A stretch of DNA of 64,000 nucleotides from an uncultured Gemmatimonadaceae bacterium (lineage in GTDB: Bacteria > Gemmatimonadota > Gemmatimonadetes > Gemmatimonadales > Gemmatimonadaceae): positions 320,001 through 384,000 of the forward strand of contig CAWBOC010000006.1 in the NCBI GenBank assembly GCA_963790305.1, in the 5' to 3' direction. Every line of letters begins with the position of its first letter. Position 1 is the stretch's first letter. Both the position numbers and the translations under genes were made by a program. The notes beneath the pieces were generated by a model, which was not told the origin of the DNA, searched no databases, and saw only the letters and a list, made by a program, of their open reading frames with translations. Shown here in pieces: positions 18,900-33,372 of the stretch.

Positions 18900-20294
18900 G
18901 TGCGGCTGATCGCGTCCATCATCGTTGGCGCGCTCGTGGTCCACGGGTGCCGCGGACGCGAGGAGAAAGATCCTGGTGGCGCGCTGGTTCGTGAGGCGCG
19001 CGCCGCTCAAACCCGCGCGCCGATCGCCGAATCGCGACGCACCGCGATCACCGAGGCGGTGGCGCAGGTCGCCCCAGCTGTCGTGACGGTGCAGACCGAA
19101 ACGGTGGAGCGCCGCGTCGATCCCTTTGACGCGTTTTTCGGTAACCGCGGCGGCACACGCGTTCTCCCCGGACTGGGCTCGGGGTTCATCACCCGGGCCA
19201 ATGGCATTGTCATTACCAACGCGCACGTCGTCGTGGGCGCGACACGCATCTCGGTCGCGCTTCCCGACGGCACGACGTTCCCTGCCCGCCTGCTCGGCGC
19301 CGACACCCTGAACGATCTCGCCGTTCTCAAGATCGAAGGGCGGAATCTTCCCGTCGTGAAGCTCGGGAATTCCAGCGACCTCGTCGTCGGCGAGTGGGCG
19401 ATCGCGATCGGCAATCCGTTCGGCTTCGTGCTCGGAAACAGTGAGCCCAGCGTGACGGCGGGTGTCATCAGCGCGACGGGGCGCAATCTCGCCGTGCGCG
19501 CCGAGGGTCCCGGCATCTACGTCGACATGATTCAGACCGACGCGTCGATCAATCCCGGCAACTCGGGCGGCCCACTCGTAAATTCCGTGGGGGAGGTGAT
19601 CGGCGTCAATTCCTCGATCTATTCCCCGAGCGGCGGATCGGTCGGTCTCGGCTTCGCGATTCCGATCAATCGAGTGAAGCGAGTCACTGAGGATTTGCTT
19701 GCGCACGGCACGATTCGCCGGCCATGGGTGGGCTTGAAGGTCGAGGAGAGTCCCCTGGGCCGCACGCGCACCGTCGGCGCGGCGGTCAGCTCGGTGGTGC
19801 CGGGTTCGCCGGCGGCACAGGCGGGACTGCGAGCCGGCGACATTCTCCTGCGCTCGCGAGAGCGCCAGATCGAGAACGCGTACGACTGGGATGCGGAGCT
19901 CCTCGAGCTGCGCGTGGGTGAGCGTGTGCCGGTCGTCGTCAGGCGCGCGGGACGCGAGTTTCCGGTCGAGCTCGTCGTCGCCGACCAGCCGGAAGCGGGC
20001 GCTGCGAAGGTGGCCGTGCTCCGCGAGTTGGAGCTCATTACGCTGACCCCGCAGATTCGCGCCGACCGAAATATCATGAGCCAGCGCGGCGCGCTGATCT
20101 ATCGCGTCAGCGATCGCGTGGCGGCGGACCTTGGCATTCAGGCGGGCGATGTGATCGTGCAGATCAACCGAACGCCAATCACGAGCGCCGACGAGGCCGC
20201 GCGCGCCATCGATGCGTTCGCGGGACGAGGGCTGATCCGGATGTTCTACGAGCGCGGTGGTCGTCCGTACTTCACCGACTTCATCATTCGATGA
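18900..20294 (+). CDS. DegP/HtrA serine protease with two PDZ domains
   Basis: GSGF, TNAHVV, DLAVLK, IQTDASINPGNSGGPL; possible lipobox LVVHGC. Confidence 0.93.
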   Translation: MRLIASIIVGALVVHGCRGREEKDPGGALVREARAAQTRAPIAESRRTAITEAVAQVAPAVVTVQTETVERRVDPFDAFFGNRGGTRVLPGLGSGFITRANGIVITNAHVVVGATRISVALPDGTTFPARLLGADTLNDLAVLKIEGRNLPVVKLGNSSDLVVGEWAIAIGNPFGFVLGNSEPSVTAGVISATGRNLAVRAEGPGIYVDMIQTDASINPGNSGGPLVNSVGEVIGVNSSIYSPSGGSVGLGFAIPINRVKRVTEDLLAHGTIRRPWVGLKVEESPLGRTRTVGAAVSSVVPGSPAAQAGLRAGDILLRSRERQIENAYDWDAELLELRVGERVPVVVRRAGREFPVELVVADQPEAGAAKVAVLRELELITLTPQIRADRNIMSQRGALIYRVSDRVAADLGIQAGDVIVQINRTPITSADEAARAIDAFAGRGLIRMFYERGGRPYFTDFIIR

Positions 20295-21728
20295 GCGCCC
20301 ACAGTCGCTACGTATCGCCGCTCGGTGAGCGATATGCGTCCGCGGCGATGCTGGAGCTGTGGTCTCCACAGACTCGCTACGGCCTGTGGCGCCGCCTCTG
20401 GGTGACCCTGGCGGAGAAGCAGCGCGAGCTCGGCGTCCCGATTCCGGACGATGCGATTACCCAGATGCGCGCCCACGTCGATGACATCGACTTCGACAAG
20501 GTCGCCGCGTACGAGCGCCGCTTTCGGCATGACGTGATGGCGCACGTGCATGCCTTCGCCGACGTGGCGCCGGCCGCGCGGCCGTTCATTCATTCTTGGG
20601 GCAACGAGCGCGTTCGTCACCGACAACGCCGATCTCATCATCCTCCGTCGGGGGCTGGAGCTGCTGCGCGCGAAGATCGTGGATGTCGTCCGAGCGCTCG
20701 CGACGTTCGCACGGCGTTGGCGCGACGAGCCGACCCTGGCATACACGCACCTTCAGCCGGCCCAGCTCACGACGGTTGGAAAGCGCGCGACGCTGTGGAT
20801 GCAGGATCTCGTCCTCGACCTCGCCGACATCGACTACCGTGCACAGTCGCTTCCCTTGCGTGGCGTCAAGGGGACGACGGGGACGCAAGCCAGCTTCCTC
20901 GAGCTCTTCGATGGCGACCATGCGCGCGTGCGTCGCCTCGAGGAGCTCGTGGTGGCCGCCATGGGATTCGAGCGCGCGTTGCCCGTGACCGGGCAGACGT
21001 ACACGCGCAAAATCGATGCGCAGCTCCTCGGAGTCGTGGCGGGGATTGCGGCCAGCGCGGCGAAGTTCGCGTCCGACGTGCGGATGCTGCAGTCGTTCGG
21101 CGAGATCGAGGAGCCATTCGAGGCCGAGCAGGTGGGATCGTCGGCGATGGCGTACAAGCGAAACCCGATGCGATCGGAGCGGATCTCGGGGCTGGCGCGG
21201 TTCGTGATCACGATGGAGGAGAACGCCAACCACACTCACAGCGTGCAGTATTTCGAGCGGACGCTCGATGACAGCTCGAACCGACGGCTCGTGCTCCCCG
21301 AGTCCTTTCTCGCCACCGATGCGATTCTGGTGCTCATGGGCAACATCGCGGCCGGGCTCGAGGTGCGCACCGCACGCATTCGCCACCGCATCGCGGACGA
21401 GCTGCCGTTCATGGCGACGGAGAAGCTGCTCGTCCGCGCGGTGCGCGGGGGCGGCGACCGGCAGACCGTGCACGAGATCATCCGAAAGCACAGTCTCGCA
21501 GCGGCGCAGGCGATGAAAGACGGCGCAGCACATAACGATTTGCTCGAGCGCCTGGGTGAAGACCGCAGCTTTGGCGTGTCGGTGAGGGAACTGCGCGATC
21601 TCATCGACGCGCGTGAATTCGTTGGGCGTGCGCCAGAACAGGTGGACGACTTTTTGAACCATGTCATCGAGCCGCTGCTTGCCGGCGTGCCGATCATCGA
21701 GGTGGATACGGAGCTCCTTCGCGTATGA
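20291..21728 (+). CDS. purB: Adenylosuccinate lyase (one extra base near 20594, probable sequencing error)
   Basis: RHDVMAH...RPFIH, then LGATSAFV in the next frame; [11 protein letters not shown] signature. Confidence 0.92.
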
Positions 21729-22651
21729 CAGCAATCGCCGGGACACAACTTCCGCTGCGCCGGATTGGACGCGGCAAGGTCCGCGACATTTACGCGGTCG
21801 ACGACGAGCGTCTGTTGCTCGTGGCCACCGATCGCGTGAGCGCGTTCAATGTCGTCATGCGAGAACCGATTCCCCACAAGGGGGTCGTGCTGACGCAGAT
21901 CAGCGCCTGGTGGTTCGGCCAGCTCGCGGATCTCGTCGATCATCACATGATCAGCGCCGAGGCCGACGAGATCATCGAGTTGGTACCGGCGCTCGATGGC
22001 CATCGCGCCGACATCGCCGGCCGCGCGATGCTTTCCCGCCGCGCGGACGTCTTTCCCATCGAGTGCGTCATTCGCGGTTACATCACGGGCTCGGCGTGGA
22101 AGGAGTACGCCGCACGCGGCACGCTCGCCGGAGAGGCGCTGCCAACCGGTTTGCGCGAGAGCGACCGCCTCGAGCCGCCGATTTTCAGCCCGGCGACCAA
22201 GGCGGTGACGGGGCATGACGAGAATATCACCGTCACGCGGATGTCCGAGATCGTCGGCGGCGATGTGGCGCGCGAGCTCGAGCGGCTCACCCGCGCCGTC
22301 TACGGCCGTGGCCGGGAGGTCGCCGAGAAGCGCGGGATCCTGATCGCGGACACCAAGTTCGAGTTCGGACGGGACGCTACCGGCCGCATCCTCCTGATCG
22401 ACGAGGTGCTCACCCCGGACAGCTCACGCTTCTGGCCAGCCGACGGCTACCAGCCTGGGCGTTCGCAACCGAGCTTCGACAAGCAGCCGTTGCGCGACTA
22501 CCTCGACGGAGAGAAGAAAGCGGGTCGGTGGGATGGCGAGGAGCCGCCCCCTCCCCTTCCCCCGGAGGTGGTGCGCGCAACGAGTGAACGCTACCTCGAC
22601 GCATACGCCCGGCTCACCGGGCACGCGCTCGACTTGCCGGTCTCGGCGTGA
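21725..22651 (+). CDS. purC: Phosphoribosylaminoimidazolesuccinocarboxamide synthase
   Basis: [34 protein letters not shown]. Confidence 0.96.
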   Translation: MTAIAGTQLPLRRIGRGKVRDIYAVDDERLLLVATDRVSAFNVVMREPIPHKGVVLTQISAWWFGQLADLVDHHMISAEADEIIELVPALDGHRADIAGRAMLSRRADVFPIECVIRGYITGSAWKEYAARGTLAGEALPTGLRESDRLEPPIFSPATKAVTGHDENITVTRMSEIVGGDVARELERLTRAVYGRGREVAEKRGILIADTKFEFGRDATGRILLIDEVLTPDSSRFWPADGYQPGRSQPSFDKQPLRDYLDGEKKAGRWDGEEPPPPLPPEVVRATSERYLDAYARLTGHALDLPVSA

Positions 22652-23298
22652 GCGTCGCGCGCGAAGGGATCCTCTTCATCGCGATCGGAGTCGCCGCGGC
22701 GTTAGGCGCGGTGGCTGTGGCCTGGAGGTACGCCACCATTCCGCTGTGGATCGCCGCCGGGATACTGTTCGTGCTGGCGATCTGGGTCATCTACTTTTTT
22801 CGCGATCCGGAGCGAACTGGTCAGCGCGGAGAGCAGCTCGTCGTATCGCCGGCTGACGGCAAGGTCGTGCAGATTACCGAAGTCGATGAGCCGGCCTTCG
22901 TGCACGGTCGTGCCCTGCGCATCTCGATTTTCATGAACGTCTTCAACGTGCACGTGAACCGGTACCCGGTGAGCGGCAAGGTCGCGTACGTGCACTACAA
23001 CGCCGGTAAGTTCCTCAATGCGGCCAGCGACAAGGCGAGTCTCGAGAATGAGCAGATGTCGGTGGGGATCGAGAGCGCCCACGGACGGGTGCTCGTTCGC
23101 CAGATCGCGGGACTCATCGCCCGGCGGATCGTGAACTACGCCGCGGTCGGCGATGAAGCGGAACAGGGAACGCGGATGGGCATCATTCGATTCGGATCGC
23201 GCGTCGACGTCTTCGTATCGCCATCGTCTCGAGTGCGCGTTCGACTCGGCGACTTTCCCATTGCGGGCGTGACGGTGCTGTCGGAGTTCGCCGAGTGA
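22648..23298 (+). CDS. psd: Phosphatidylserine decarboxylase proenzyme
   Basis: FFRDPER, SPADG, HVNRYP, FGSRVD self-cleavage motif. Confidence 0.93.
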   Translation: MSVAREGILFIAIGVAAALGAVAVAWRYATIPLWIAAGILFVLAIWVIYFFRDPERTGQRGEQLVVSPADGKVVQITEVDEPAFVHGRALRISIFMNVFNVHVNRYPVSGKVAYVHYNAGKFLNAASDKASLENEQMSVGIESAHGRVLVRQIAGLIARRIVNYAAVGDEAEQGTRMGIIRFGSRVDVFVSPSSRVRVRLGDFPIAGVTVLSEFAE

Positions 23299-24209
23299 TG
23301 CCGACGCTCCCCGCGCTCCCTCGCCCGAACATGCGACGGGCGGTCGTCCTCCTTCCCAACGGGTTTACCCTCGGGAATCTGTTCTTCGGCGTGTGGGCGA
23401 TCGTCGCCGCCTCCCGCGGCAGCTACAGCCAGGCCGGGCTGTACGTCGTGCTCGGCGGCGTAATGGATGCGCTCGATGGGCGCGTGGCTCGCGCCACGAA
23501 AACCGGAAGCCGCTTCGGCACCGAGCTCGATTCCCTCGTCAATGCCGTCAGCTTCGGCGTCGCGCCAGCACTGATCATGTATTTCGCGGTGCTCAATCGT
23601 GAAGGCTGGGCGTGGCTGCTCTGCTTCATTTTCATCGCGTGCGTCGTGATGCGCCTCGCCCGTTTCAACGTCGAGCAGGGCGGTCGCGCGAAAACGCACT
23701 TCCACGGGCTGCCAAGCCCGGCGGCCGGGATGACGCTCGCAGTGTACTACTGGTTCAGCCAGACACCGCTCTACAGTCAGACCGTCATCGGCGACCTCCC
23801 GTGGGAGCTCGTGATGAAAGTGGTGATGCTGGTGTTGAGCTGGCTGATGGTGAGCCACGTGCTGTATCCCGCGGTGCCCAACATCAGCTTCAAGTCGTGG
23901 AAGGGATTCATCGGCCTCGCGCTCGTGCTCGGGACGCTGGCGGGACTGTTCTTCGCGCCTCGCGAGTTTTTCTTCCCCGCGCTGATGGCCTACGTGGTCT
24001 GGGGACTCTTGAAGACCGTGTTCGTGGGGTTGATGGACCGGGTCCCCACCGGCGATCCTTTGTTCGAGGAAGGCGACGACGACGATGCCGACCATGTGAT
24101 GCGACCTGTCATCGTCGGCGAGTCTCCGGGAGGCCGAAAACGTCGTCGCCGCGGCCGTGGCGACCGGCAGACGCCTCCGCCCAACCGTTCGATTACCGAG
24201 AGCGAATGA
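23298..24209 (+). CDS. pssA: CDP-diacylglycerol--serine O-phosphatidyltransferase
   Basis: [17 protein letters not shown]...[23 protein letters not shown]. Confidence 0.9.
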   Translation: MPTLPALPRPNMRRAVVLLPNGFTLGNLFFGVWAIVAASRGSYSQAGLYVVLGGVMDALDGRVARATKTGSRFGTELDSLVNAVSFGVAPALIMYFAVLNREGWAWLLCFIFIACVVMRLARFNVEQGGRAKTHFHGLPSPAAGMTLAVYYWFSQTPLYSQTVIGDLPWELVMKVVMLVLSWLMVSHVLYPAVPNISFKSWKGFIGLALVLGTLAGLFFAPREFFFPALMAYVVWGLLKTVFVGLMDRVPTGDPLFEEGDDDDADHVMRPVIVGESPGGRKRRRRGRGDRQTPPPNRSITESE

Positions 24210-24481
24210 GCCTCTTTCGCGTTGCGATACACATCGTGCCCCGCCGCGGCCTGCTGGACCCACAGGGCAAGGCCGTCAGCGACGCCCTTCACGCCCTCGG
24301 CTTCTTCGGCGTACGCGATGCGCGTATTGGACGGTTCATCGTCCTCGAGATGGAAGCGAGCGACGCCATGGACGCCGACGCGGCTGTGCGGCAGATGTGC
24401 GAGCGGCTGCTGGCCAACCCCGTGACCGAAGACTTCGAGATCGAGGGGGTTCACGCGATCGAGGGAGCACACGTTTCATGA
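24206..24481 (+). CDS. purS: FGAM synthase subunit PurS
   Basis: [19 protein letters not shown]. Confidence 0.93.
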   Translation: MSLFRVAIHIVPRRGLLDPQGKAVSDALHALGFFGVRDARIGRFIVLEMEASDAMDADAAVRQMCERLLANPVTEDFEIEGVHAIEGAHVS

Positions 24482-25170
24482 AGTTCGGTATCGTCACCTT
24501 CCCCGGCTCCAACTGCGACTATGACGCATATCACGCCGTCATAGACCAGCTGGGGGAACGGGCGGTCTACCTGTGGCACAAGGCGCGGGACCTGGAGGGG
24601 GTGGACGTCGTCATCCTTCCGGGTGGGTTCAGCTATGGGGACTACCTGCGTGCCGGTGCGATCGCGCGCTTTAGTCCCATCATGCACGAGGTCGCATCCC
24701 ATGCGCGACGGGGAGGACCGGTGATCGGCATTTGCAACGGCTTTCAGATCCTCTGTGAGGCGCACTTGCTCCCAGGTGCGTTGATGCGCAACAGTGGGCT
24801 GAAGTTCGTGTCGAAACCGGTGCGGTTGCGCGTGGAGAACACCGACACACTGTTCACGCATCGGTACGAGCCCGGGCAAGTGTTACGGATGCCCATCGCG
24901 CACGGCGAAGGACGATTCGTCGGCGATCGCACGACGCTCGACCGGCTGGAACAGGAGGGACGTGTCGTGTTCCGCTACGTGGATGCGCATGGCGAACCCA
25001 CCACCGAGGCAAACCCCAACGGCTCACTCCGCGCGATCGCGGGAATCGTGAGCGCGGAGGGCAACGTCCTCGGGATGATGCCGCACCCGGAGCGGGCAGT
25101 CGAGCCGCTTCTCGGGTCGGTGGACGGATTGGGTATATTCCACTCGGTGCTCGAACGAGTCGCCGCCTGA
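24478..25170 (+). CDS. purQ: FGAM synthase subunit PurQ
   Basis: [33 protein letters not shown]. Confidence 0.96.
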   Translation: MKFGIVTFPGSNCDYDAYHAVIDQLGERAVYLWHKARDLEGVDVVILPGGFSYGDYLRAGAIARFSPIMHEVASHARRGGPVIGICNGFQILCEAHLLPGALMRNSGLKFVSKPVRLRVENTDTLFTHRYEPGQVLRMPIAHGEGRFVGDRTTLDRLEQEGRVVFRYVDAHGEPTTEANPNGSLRAIAGIVSAEGNVLGMMPHPERAVEPLLGSVDGLGIFHSVLERVAA

Positions 25171-25184
25171 CAACGAGGTCCGCA

Positions 25185-25610
25185 ATGCGTCGCGTGATCG
25201 TACTCTCCACTGCCCTGCTGATTGCAATCGCCGCCGCCGGCGTGCAGGGTGCAGCCGCACAGTCCATTGATCCCGGCATGACGAAGAGCCAGGTGATCGA
25301 ACGTCTTGGCGCCCCCGCAGCCGAGCGTAGTACCGGTGCGTACACGTATCTGTTCTACCAGAACGGACGCGAGTACACCGTAGGAATGAGCGATCTGGTC
25401 ATTCTCCAAAACGGTGCCGTGGTCGACGCCATATTCCGCTCGGCGGCGCGCGAGTACACCGGTCGCAGCAGCTCGCCCGAAGGCGTGATGCCCGCAAACT
25501 CAGCCACCGGCGGGGAACGCCTGGCGATGCCGGTGTCGAACACGTCGCAGCCAGCTGCACCCGTTCCGGCGAGCCCGCCGCCTCCACCCAATGACACACC
25601 AAGCCCCTGA
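25185..25610 (+). CDS. Secreted protein, SmpA/BamE-like domain with Pro-rich tail
   Basis: Signal peptide, then IDPGMTKSQVIERLGAP...YLFY; GAGG RBS. Confidence 0.6.
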   Translation: MRRVIVLSTALLIAIAAAGVQGAAAQSIDPGMTKSQVIERLGAPAAERSTGAYTYLFYQNGREYTVGMSDLVILQNGAVVDAIFRSAAREYTGRSSSPEGVMPANSATGGERLAMPVSNTSQPAAPVPASPPPPPNDTPSP

Positions 25611-25624
25611 AAAAGGATTGAGGC

Positions 25625-25933
25625 ATGCCGATTGACGAAAAACCCAGTCGTAACGAAGACGAGTATTTCGCCAAGCTCAATGCGCAGCTGATCAAGGAGC
25701 AGCGAGCCCGACTCGATCAGACGCGAAGCAAGAGCGAGCGCGCGGCGCACTACATGAAGTGCCCGAAGTGCGGCGCCGATCTGCAGGAACGCGAGTTCCA
25801 CCACGTGAAGGTCGACACGTGCCCGGAGTGCAAAGGCATGTGGTTCGACGCCGGTGAGGTGGACATGCTCAAGTACGTCGACCGGAACGCCATCGGTCGC
25901 TTCGTGGGATCGCTCTTCGGGCAGAAGCCCTAG
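25625..25933 (+). CDS. Small zinc-ribbon protein (zf-TFIIB-like)
   Basis: EDEYF..., MKCPKCG...[16 protein letters not shown]. Confidence 0.8.
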   Translation: MPIDEKPSRNEDEYFAKLNAQLIKEQRARLDQTRSKSERAAHYMKCPKCGADLQEREFHHVKVDTCPECKGMWFDAGEVDMLKYVDRNAIGRFVGSLFGQKP

Positions 25934-28236
25934 TGCCCGCAGGTCCACGTCCCGGCGATCCCAGAATCACGCCGGCGCTGGTCGCGGAACATGGACTGAC
26001 GCCGGAGGAGTTCGAACGGCTGCGCGCCATGCTGGGGCGCGAGCCGACGTTCACCGAGCTGGGCATCGTGAGCGCGCTGTGGAGCGAGCACTGCTCCTAC
26101 AAGCACTCGCGCCCGCTCCTGCGAACGCTCCCAACCCAGGCGCCGTGGGTGCTTCAGGGCCCGGGTGAGAACGCCGGCGTCATCGCCGTTGGTGACGGAC
26201 TCGCCGTCGCGTTCAAGATCGAATCGCACAACCATCCCTCGGCCGTCGAGCCGTACCAGGGCGCGGCAACCGGCGTGGGCGGCATTCTCCGCGACGTCTT
26301 CACGATGGGCGCGCGCCCGATCGCACTGTTGAATTCGTTGCGCTTCGGCTCGCTCAATGTGCCACGCGTCCGGTATCTCCTCGCGGGGGTCGTGAAGGGA
26401 ATCGGCGACTACGGCAACTGTGTCGGGATTCCGACCGTCGCCGGAGAGGTCGTGTTCGACGAAGCCTACGAAGGCAATCCCCTCGTCAACGCGATGTGCG
26501 TGGGCCTCATGCGCGAGGATGAGCTCATTCGCGCCGTCGCCGAGGGCGTCGGCAATCCGATCATCGCGGTGGGCGCGCGCACCGGTCGCGATGGGATTCA
26601 TGGGGCTTCGTTCGCGTCGGAGGACCTGACCGAAGCGAGCGACGCAAAGCGCCCTCGCGTGCAAGTGGGCGACCCGTTCACCGAAAAGCTCCTTCTCGAG
26701 GCGTCGCTCGAGCTCATTCGGAGCGGACACATCGTCGCCATTCAGGACATGGGCGCGGCTGGCCTAACGTCGTCGAGCGCGGAAATGGCTGCGCGCGGCG
26801 ACGTCGGAGTCACGATCAATGTCACGAAGGTGCCCGTTCGAGAGACGGGAATGACACCGTATGAGATCTTGCTCAGCGAATCACAGGAGCGCATGCTCGT
26901 GGTCGCTCGGCGTGGTCACGAGCGCGCCGTGATCGACGTGCTCCGCAAGTGGGATCTCGAGGCCGCGGTGATCGGCGAGGTCATCGAGGAGCCGGTCTAT
27001 CGCGTCACCGAAGGCCCGCGCGTCGTCGCCGAGTTTCCAGGTACACGGCTGGTTACGGACTGTCCGGTCTACGAGCCCGATGCGCGCGAGAGCGACGCGA
27101 TTCGTGCGCTTCGTGAGCGCGATGTACATGCGATTGCGGAGCACGCCGAAGAGCACAACGCGACCTGGACGCTCGAGCGATTGCTGTCGTCGCCGACGAT
27201 CGCGAGCAAGGAGTGGATCTTCGGCCAGTACGATTCGACGGTACGCACCGGGACCGTCGTCGGCCCGGGCGGCGATGCCGCCGTCGTTCGCCTGCGCGGA
27301 ACGAATCGCGCTCTTGCGCTCAAGACTGACTGCAACGGCCGCTACGTGTATCTCGACCCGCGCGTGGGCGGACGCATCGCGGTCGTGGAAGCGGCGCGCA
27401 ACGTCGCCTGTACCGGTGCCCGGCCGCTCGCGATCACGAATTGTCTGAACTTCGGGAATCCGAGGCGGCCCGAGGTCTACTTCCAGTTGCGCGAGGCGAT
27501 CGCCGGAATGGGCGAGGCGTGTCGCGCGCTCCGCACCCCGGTCACCGGGGGCAACGTATCGCTCTATAATGAGAGCCCTGCCGGGGCCGTGTACCCTACC
27601 CCCGTCATCGGAATGGTGGGGTTGATCGAATCGCTCGAGCATATCACGCGCGTCGCCTTCCGCGAACCGGGCAACGCGGTTGTTCTTCTCGGAGAGACTA
27701 CCGATGAGCTCGGGGCGTCCGAGTACCTTTCCCGAGTCCATGGCGTCGTCGCTGGGGCGCCGCCGCGCGTCGATCTCGACCGCGAGCGCGGGGTGATCGA
27801 CGCCCTGCTCGAGTCGATTCAAAATGGCCTGATCAACTCGGCGCATGACTGCGCCGAGGGCGGTCTCGCCGTTGCGCTGGCCGAATGCGCCATTGGCGAG
27901 CGTGAAACGATGCTGGGCGCCACCATCGATCTCAGCAGGTGGAACGCGGTGCCGGCACGCGCGGTGCTCTTTGGTGAAGCGCAAGGCCGCGTGGTCGTCA
28001 GCAGCGCCGAGCCTGCACGCGTGATCGCGATCGCCGAGCGACATGGGGTGCCGGCGTTCGAGATCGGACGCGTGACTCGGGACGCGCGACTCCGCGTCGT
28101 TGCTGGTGATCGGGTGATCGATGCCCCGCTTTCACGTCTGGCCAGCCTGTACTACGACTCGATCGCTTCGATCATGCGACGCGGGCCGGCCGAAACGGCT
28201 GTGGCGGAGCAGCACCCATCCATTGCGACTGTGTAG
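25933..28236 (+). CDS. purL: FGAM synthase subunit PurL
   Basis: [36 protein letters not shown]. Confidence 0.97.
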   Translation: MPAGPRPGDPRITPALVAEHGLTPEEFERLRAMLGREPTFTELGIVSALWSEHCSYKHSRPLLRTLPTQAPWVLQGPGENAGVIAVGDGLAVAFKIESHNHPSAVEPYQGAATGVGGILRDVFTMGARPIALLNSLRFGSLNVPRVRYLLAGVVKGIGDYGNCVGIPTVAGEVVFDEAYEGNPLVNAMCVGLMREDELIRAVAEGVGNPIIAVGARTGRDGIHGASFASEDLTEASDAKRPRVQVGDPFTEKLLLEASLELIRSGHIVAIQDMGAAGLTSSSAEMAARGDVGVTINVTKVPVRETGMTPYEILLSESQERMLVVARRGHERAVIDVLRKWDLEAAVIGEVIEEPVYRVTEGPRVVAEFPGTRLVTDCPVYEPDARESDAIRALRERDVHAIAEHAEEHNATWTLERLLSSPTIASKEWIFGQYDSTVRTGTVVGPGGDAAVVRLRGTNRALALKTDCNGRYVYLDPRVGGRIAVVEAARNVACTGARPLAITNCLNFGNPRRPEVYFQLREAIAGMGEACRALRTPVTGGNVSLYNESPAGAVYPTPVIGMVGLIESLEHITRVAFREPGNAVVLLGETTDELGASEYLSRVHGVVAGAPPRVDLDRERGVIDALLESIQNGLINSAHDCAEGGLAVALAECAIGERETMLGATIDLSRWNAVPARAVLFGEAQGRVVVSSAEPARVIAIAERHGVPAFEIGRVTRDARLRVVAGDRVIDAPLSRLASLYYDSIASIMRRGPAETAVAEQHPSIATV

Positions 28237-28245
28237 TGACGGAGA

Positions 28246-28334
28246 TCAGGTGGTCGAGGCTGTCGAGGTCGCCCCGGTGATCGAGGAGATTTTGCCTTGA
28301 TCACCTCGACATCCTCGACCACTCGACTACCTGA
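28246..28334. repeat. Imperfect palindrome built from GTCGAG/CTCGAC tandem units
   Basis: tcaggtggtcgaggctgtcgaggt ... acctcgacatcctcgaccactcgactacctga in the purL-purF spacer. Confidence 0.65.
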
Positions 28335-28366
28335 CTGGGCTGCCGGTACGGAACTTTAGAGGAAAC

Positions 28367-29749
28367 ATGTGCGGCATATTCGGCGTTCACGGAGTTCCCG
28401 AGGCCACGAACTGCGTGCATCTCGGCCTCTACTCGCTGCAGCATCGCGGTCAGGAGTCGTCGGGCGTCGTCACTGTCGACGAGCACGGCACGGCGCGGGC
28501 GCTGCGGGCCATGGGCCTCGTCTCTGAAGGCATCGACGGCCGCTCACTGAGCGAGCTGCCCGGCGACACCGGCATCGGACATACGCGCTACAGCACTGCC
28601 GGCTCCTCGACGATCGAGAATGCACAGCCCATTCTCGCCCGCTTTCGGGACGGGCACATCGCGCTGGCGCATAACGGCAACATCGTCAACGCCAGCGAGC
28701 TTCGCCGCGAGCTCGAGGATGTGGGCTCGATCTTTACGTCGACGATGGATTCCGAAGTCCTCGTGCACCGGATCGCGCGGTCGCGTCGCGAGAAGCCTGA
28801 CGAGCGGCTGGCCGACGCGCTCGAAGGTGTCGAAGGGGCGTATTCGCTCCTCGTCGTCATTGGCGATACGCTCCTCGCCGCGCGCGATCCTCGCGGATGG
28901 CGTCCGCTCGTGCTCGGCCGCCTCGGCGAGGGCTGGGTCGTTGCGTCGGAAACGTGCGCCCTCGACCTCGTGGGCGCGACCTTCGAGCGCGACATCGAGC
29001 GCGGAGAGATCGTCACCATCGACCGCGACGGGATCCGCTCGACCTTTCCGCACGAAGCCCGCGATCCTCGGAAGTGCGTCTTCGAGTATGTCTACTTCGC
29101 GCGGCCGGACAGCCGCATCTGGGGCGGATCAGTCGACCGTGCCCGCCGCGAGCTGGGGCGTCAGCTCGCGCGTGAGCAACCGGCGCCTAACGCGGATCTC
29201 GTGTTCGCGGTCCCGGACTCCGCGAACTCGGCGGCGGTTGGGTACGCAGAGCAGTCCGAGTTGCCCTTCGAGCTCGCGCTCATCCGCAACCATTACGTCG
29301 GGCGGACTTTCATCCAGCCGTCGCAGACCGGACGCGACGCGAAGGTGAGGGTGAAGTACAATGCCGTTCGCGAAGTACTCAACGGCAAGCGCGTCGTCAT
29401 GGTCGACGATTCGATCGTGCGCGGCACCACCACGCGGGGCCTCGTCGCATTGGTCAGATCCGCCGGCGCGCGTGAGGTTCACATGCGCGTGAGCTCGCAC
29501 CCGATCACCGGGCCGTGCTATTATGGCATCGACACTCCGTCCCGTGAGGAGCTCATCGCCGCCAATCTCGGCGTCGAGGACATTGCGCGGCACATCGGCG
29601 TCGACTCGCTCGGGTATCTCTCGCTCGAAGGCATGCTGGGTGCTGTGCCCGGCGGGCCAGACGGATTCTGCCACGCCTGCTTCTCCGGCGACTACCCTAC
29701 CCCGCCTCCAGCGGACCCGAACAAGCTTCGCTTCGGCTGCGGGTGCTGA
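28367..29749 (+). CDS. purF: Amidophosphoribosyltransferase
   Basis: MCGIFG, LQHRGQE, GHTRYST, VDDSIVRGTT; Fe-S cysteines (CVFE, PCYYG, CHAC). Confidence 0.97.
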   Translation: MCGIFGVHGVPEATNCVHLGLYSLQHRGQESSGVVTVDEHGTARALRAMGLVSEGIDGRSLSELPGDTGIGHTRYSTAGSSTIENAQPILARFRDGHIALAHNGNIVNASELRRELEDVGSIFTSTMDSEVLVHRIARSRREKPDERLADALEGVEGAYSLLVVIGDTLLAARDPRGWRPLVLGRLGEGWVVASETCALDLVGATFERDIERGEIVTIDRDGIRSTFPHEARDPRKCVFEYVYFARPDSRIWGGSVDRARRELGRQLAREQPAPNADLVFAVPDSANSAAVGYAEQSELPFELALIRNHYVGRTFIQPSQTGRDAKVRVKYNAVREVLNGKRVVMVDDSIVRGTTTRGLVALVRSAGAREVHMRVSSHPITGPCYYGIDTPSREELIAANLGVEDIARHIGVDSLGYLSLEGMLGAVPGGPDGFCHACFSGDYPTPPPADPNKLRFGCGC

Positions 29750-29759
29750 GGAGAGTGTC

Positions 29760-32436
<2,677 letters not shown>

Positions 32437-32455
32437 GCTCGATACGCAAGGGCCA

Positions 32456-32554
32456 ACTGCATTAACCACAGAGGCACAGAGGGCACAGAGGGCGAACTGC
32501 CGCAGTAGCAGTTCGCCCTTCTCTGTGCCCTCTGTGCCTCTGTGGTGATGCAGT
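32456..32554. repeat. Long palindrome with CACAGAGG(G) tandem arms; likely bidirectional terminator
   Basis: accacagaggcacagagggcacagagggcgaactgc...gcagttcgcccttctctgtgccctctgtgcctctgtggt between convergent genes. Confidence 0.8.
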
Positions 32555-32577
32555 GCTACTCGTTGCGCGCCTGACAC

Positions 32578-33372
32578 TCAAGCACCACGCGCAATTGCCT
32601 GTACCAACGAGACCTCGTGCACGTAGTACACCGTCGAGAGCCCGATTTTCCGGAGCACCGGTAACGAAACGTTGTAGACGGGCACTCCGCCGGCGGTGCG
32701 ACCCTCGAAGGCACCGGTATGTGCGTGGCCGTGGAAGACGACCGTCGCATCGTACCGGTCGAGCGGCTCCGCCAGGCGGTCGCAGCCGAGGAAGGGGTAG
32801 ATCACCTCGGGCTCGCCGGCGATCGTTCCCGCGATCGGCGCGTAGTGCAGCACGGCGATCCGCACCGGCGTCGCCAGGCGACGCAGTCCCATCTCGAGAC
32901 GCTGCACCTCCTCGAGCGTTGCGTTCACGAAAGCCTTCGTTTCCGCCTCGCCAAACGACGTCAGCGCCGCGCGCCCGAATCCGCCCATGAAGCCCTTCGT
33001 CCCCACGAGCCCCACGTGCTCGTTGAGGTGAAAGGGATCACCCGTGAGCACATGGATGCCTCGGTCGCGGAGAATGGCTTCCCCTTCCGTCACGAGCCCG
33101 GACTCGTGGTCGTGGTTGCCAAGAACGGCGGCGATCGGGATCTTCACGTCCGCCAGCTCGCCAACGACGGTGCGGAATTCCGGCGGCAGGCCGCGCCGCG
33201 TCAGGTCCCCACACAGGATGAGAATCTCCGCGTCGTCGTTCGCCCGGGTGAATTGATCGCGGAAGGCTCCGCGATCCTCCTCGCCACAGTGAATGTCGCC
33301 GACGGCGGCGATGCGCGCGACACGATCCGATGTGCGTCGCTGCGGAATCTCAGAGATGCTTGATACGGGCAT
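32578..33372 (-). CDS. Calcineurin-like metallophosphoesterase
   Basis: GDIH, CGDLT, GNHD, LHYAP, HGHAH motifs. Confidence 0.9.
   Translation of the reverse strand: MPVSSISEIPQRRTSDRVARIAAVGDIHCGEEDRGAFRDQFTRANDDAEILILCGDLTRRGLPPEFRTVVGELADVKIPIAAVLGNHDHESGLVTEGEAILRDRGIHVLTGDPFHLNEHVGLVGTKGFMGGFGRAALTSFGEAETKAFVNATLEEVQRLEMGLRRLATPVRIAVLHYAPIAGTIAGEPEVIYPFLGCDRLAEPLDRYDATVVFHGHAHTGAFEGRTAGGVPVYNVSLPVLRKIGLSTVYYVHEVSLVQAIARGA

Noticed and set aside
18825..20369. Long antisense ORFs (also 8469-9926, 29697-31184, 47794-49194 and others)
   Set aside because: Shadow ORFs of high-GC genes, Arg/Ala-rich with no motifs
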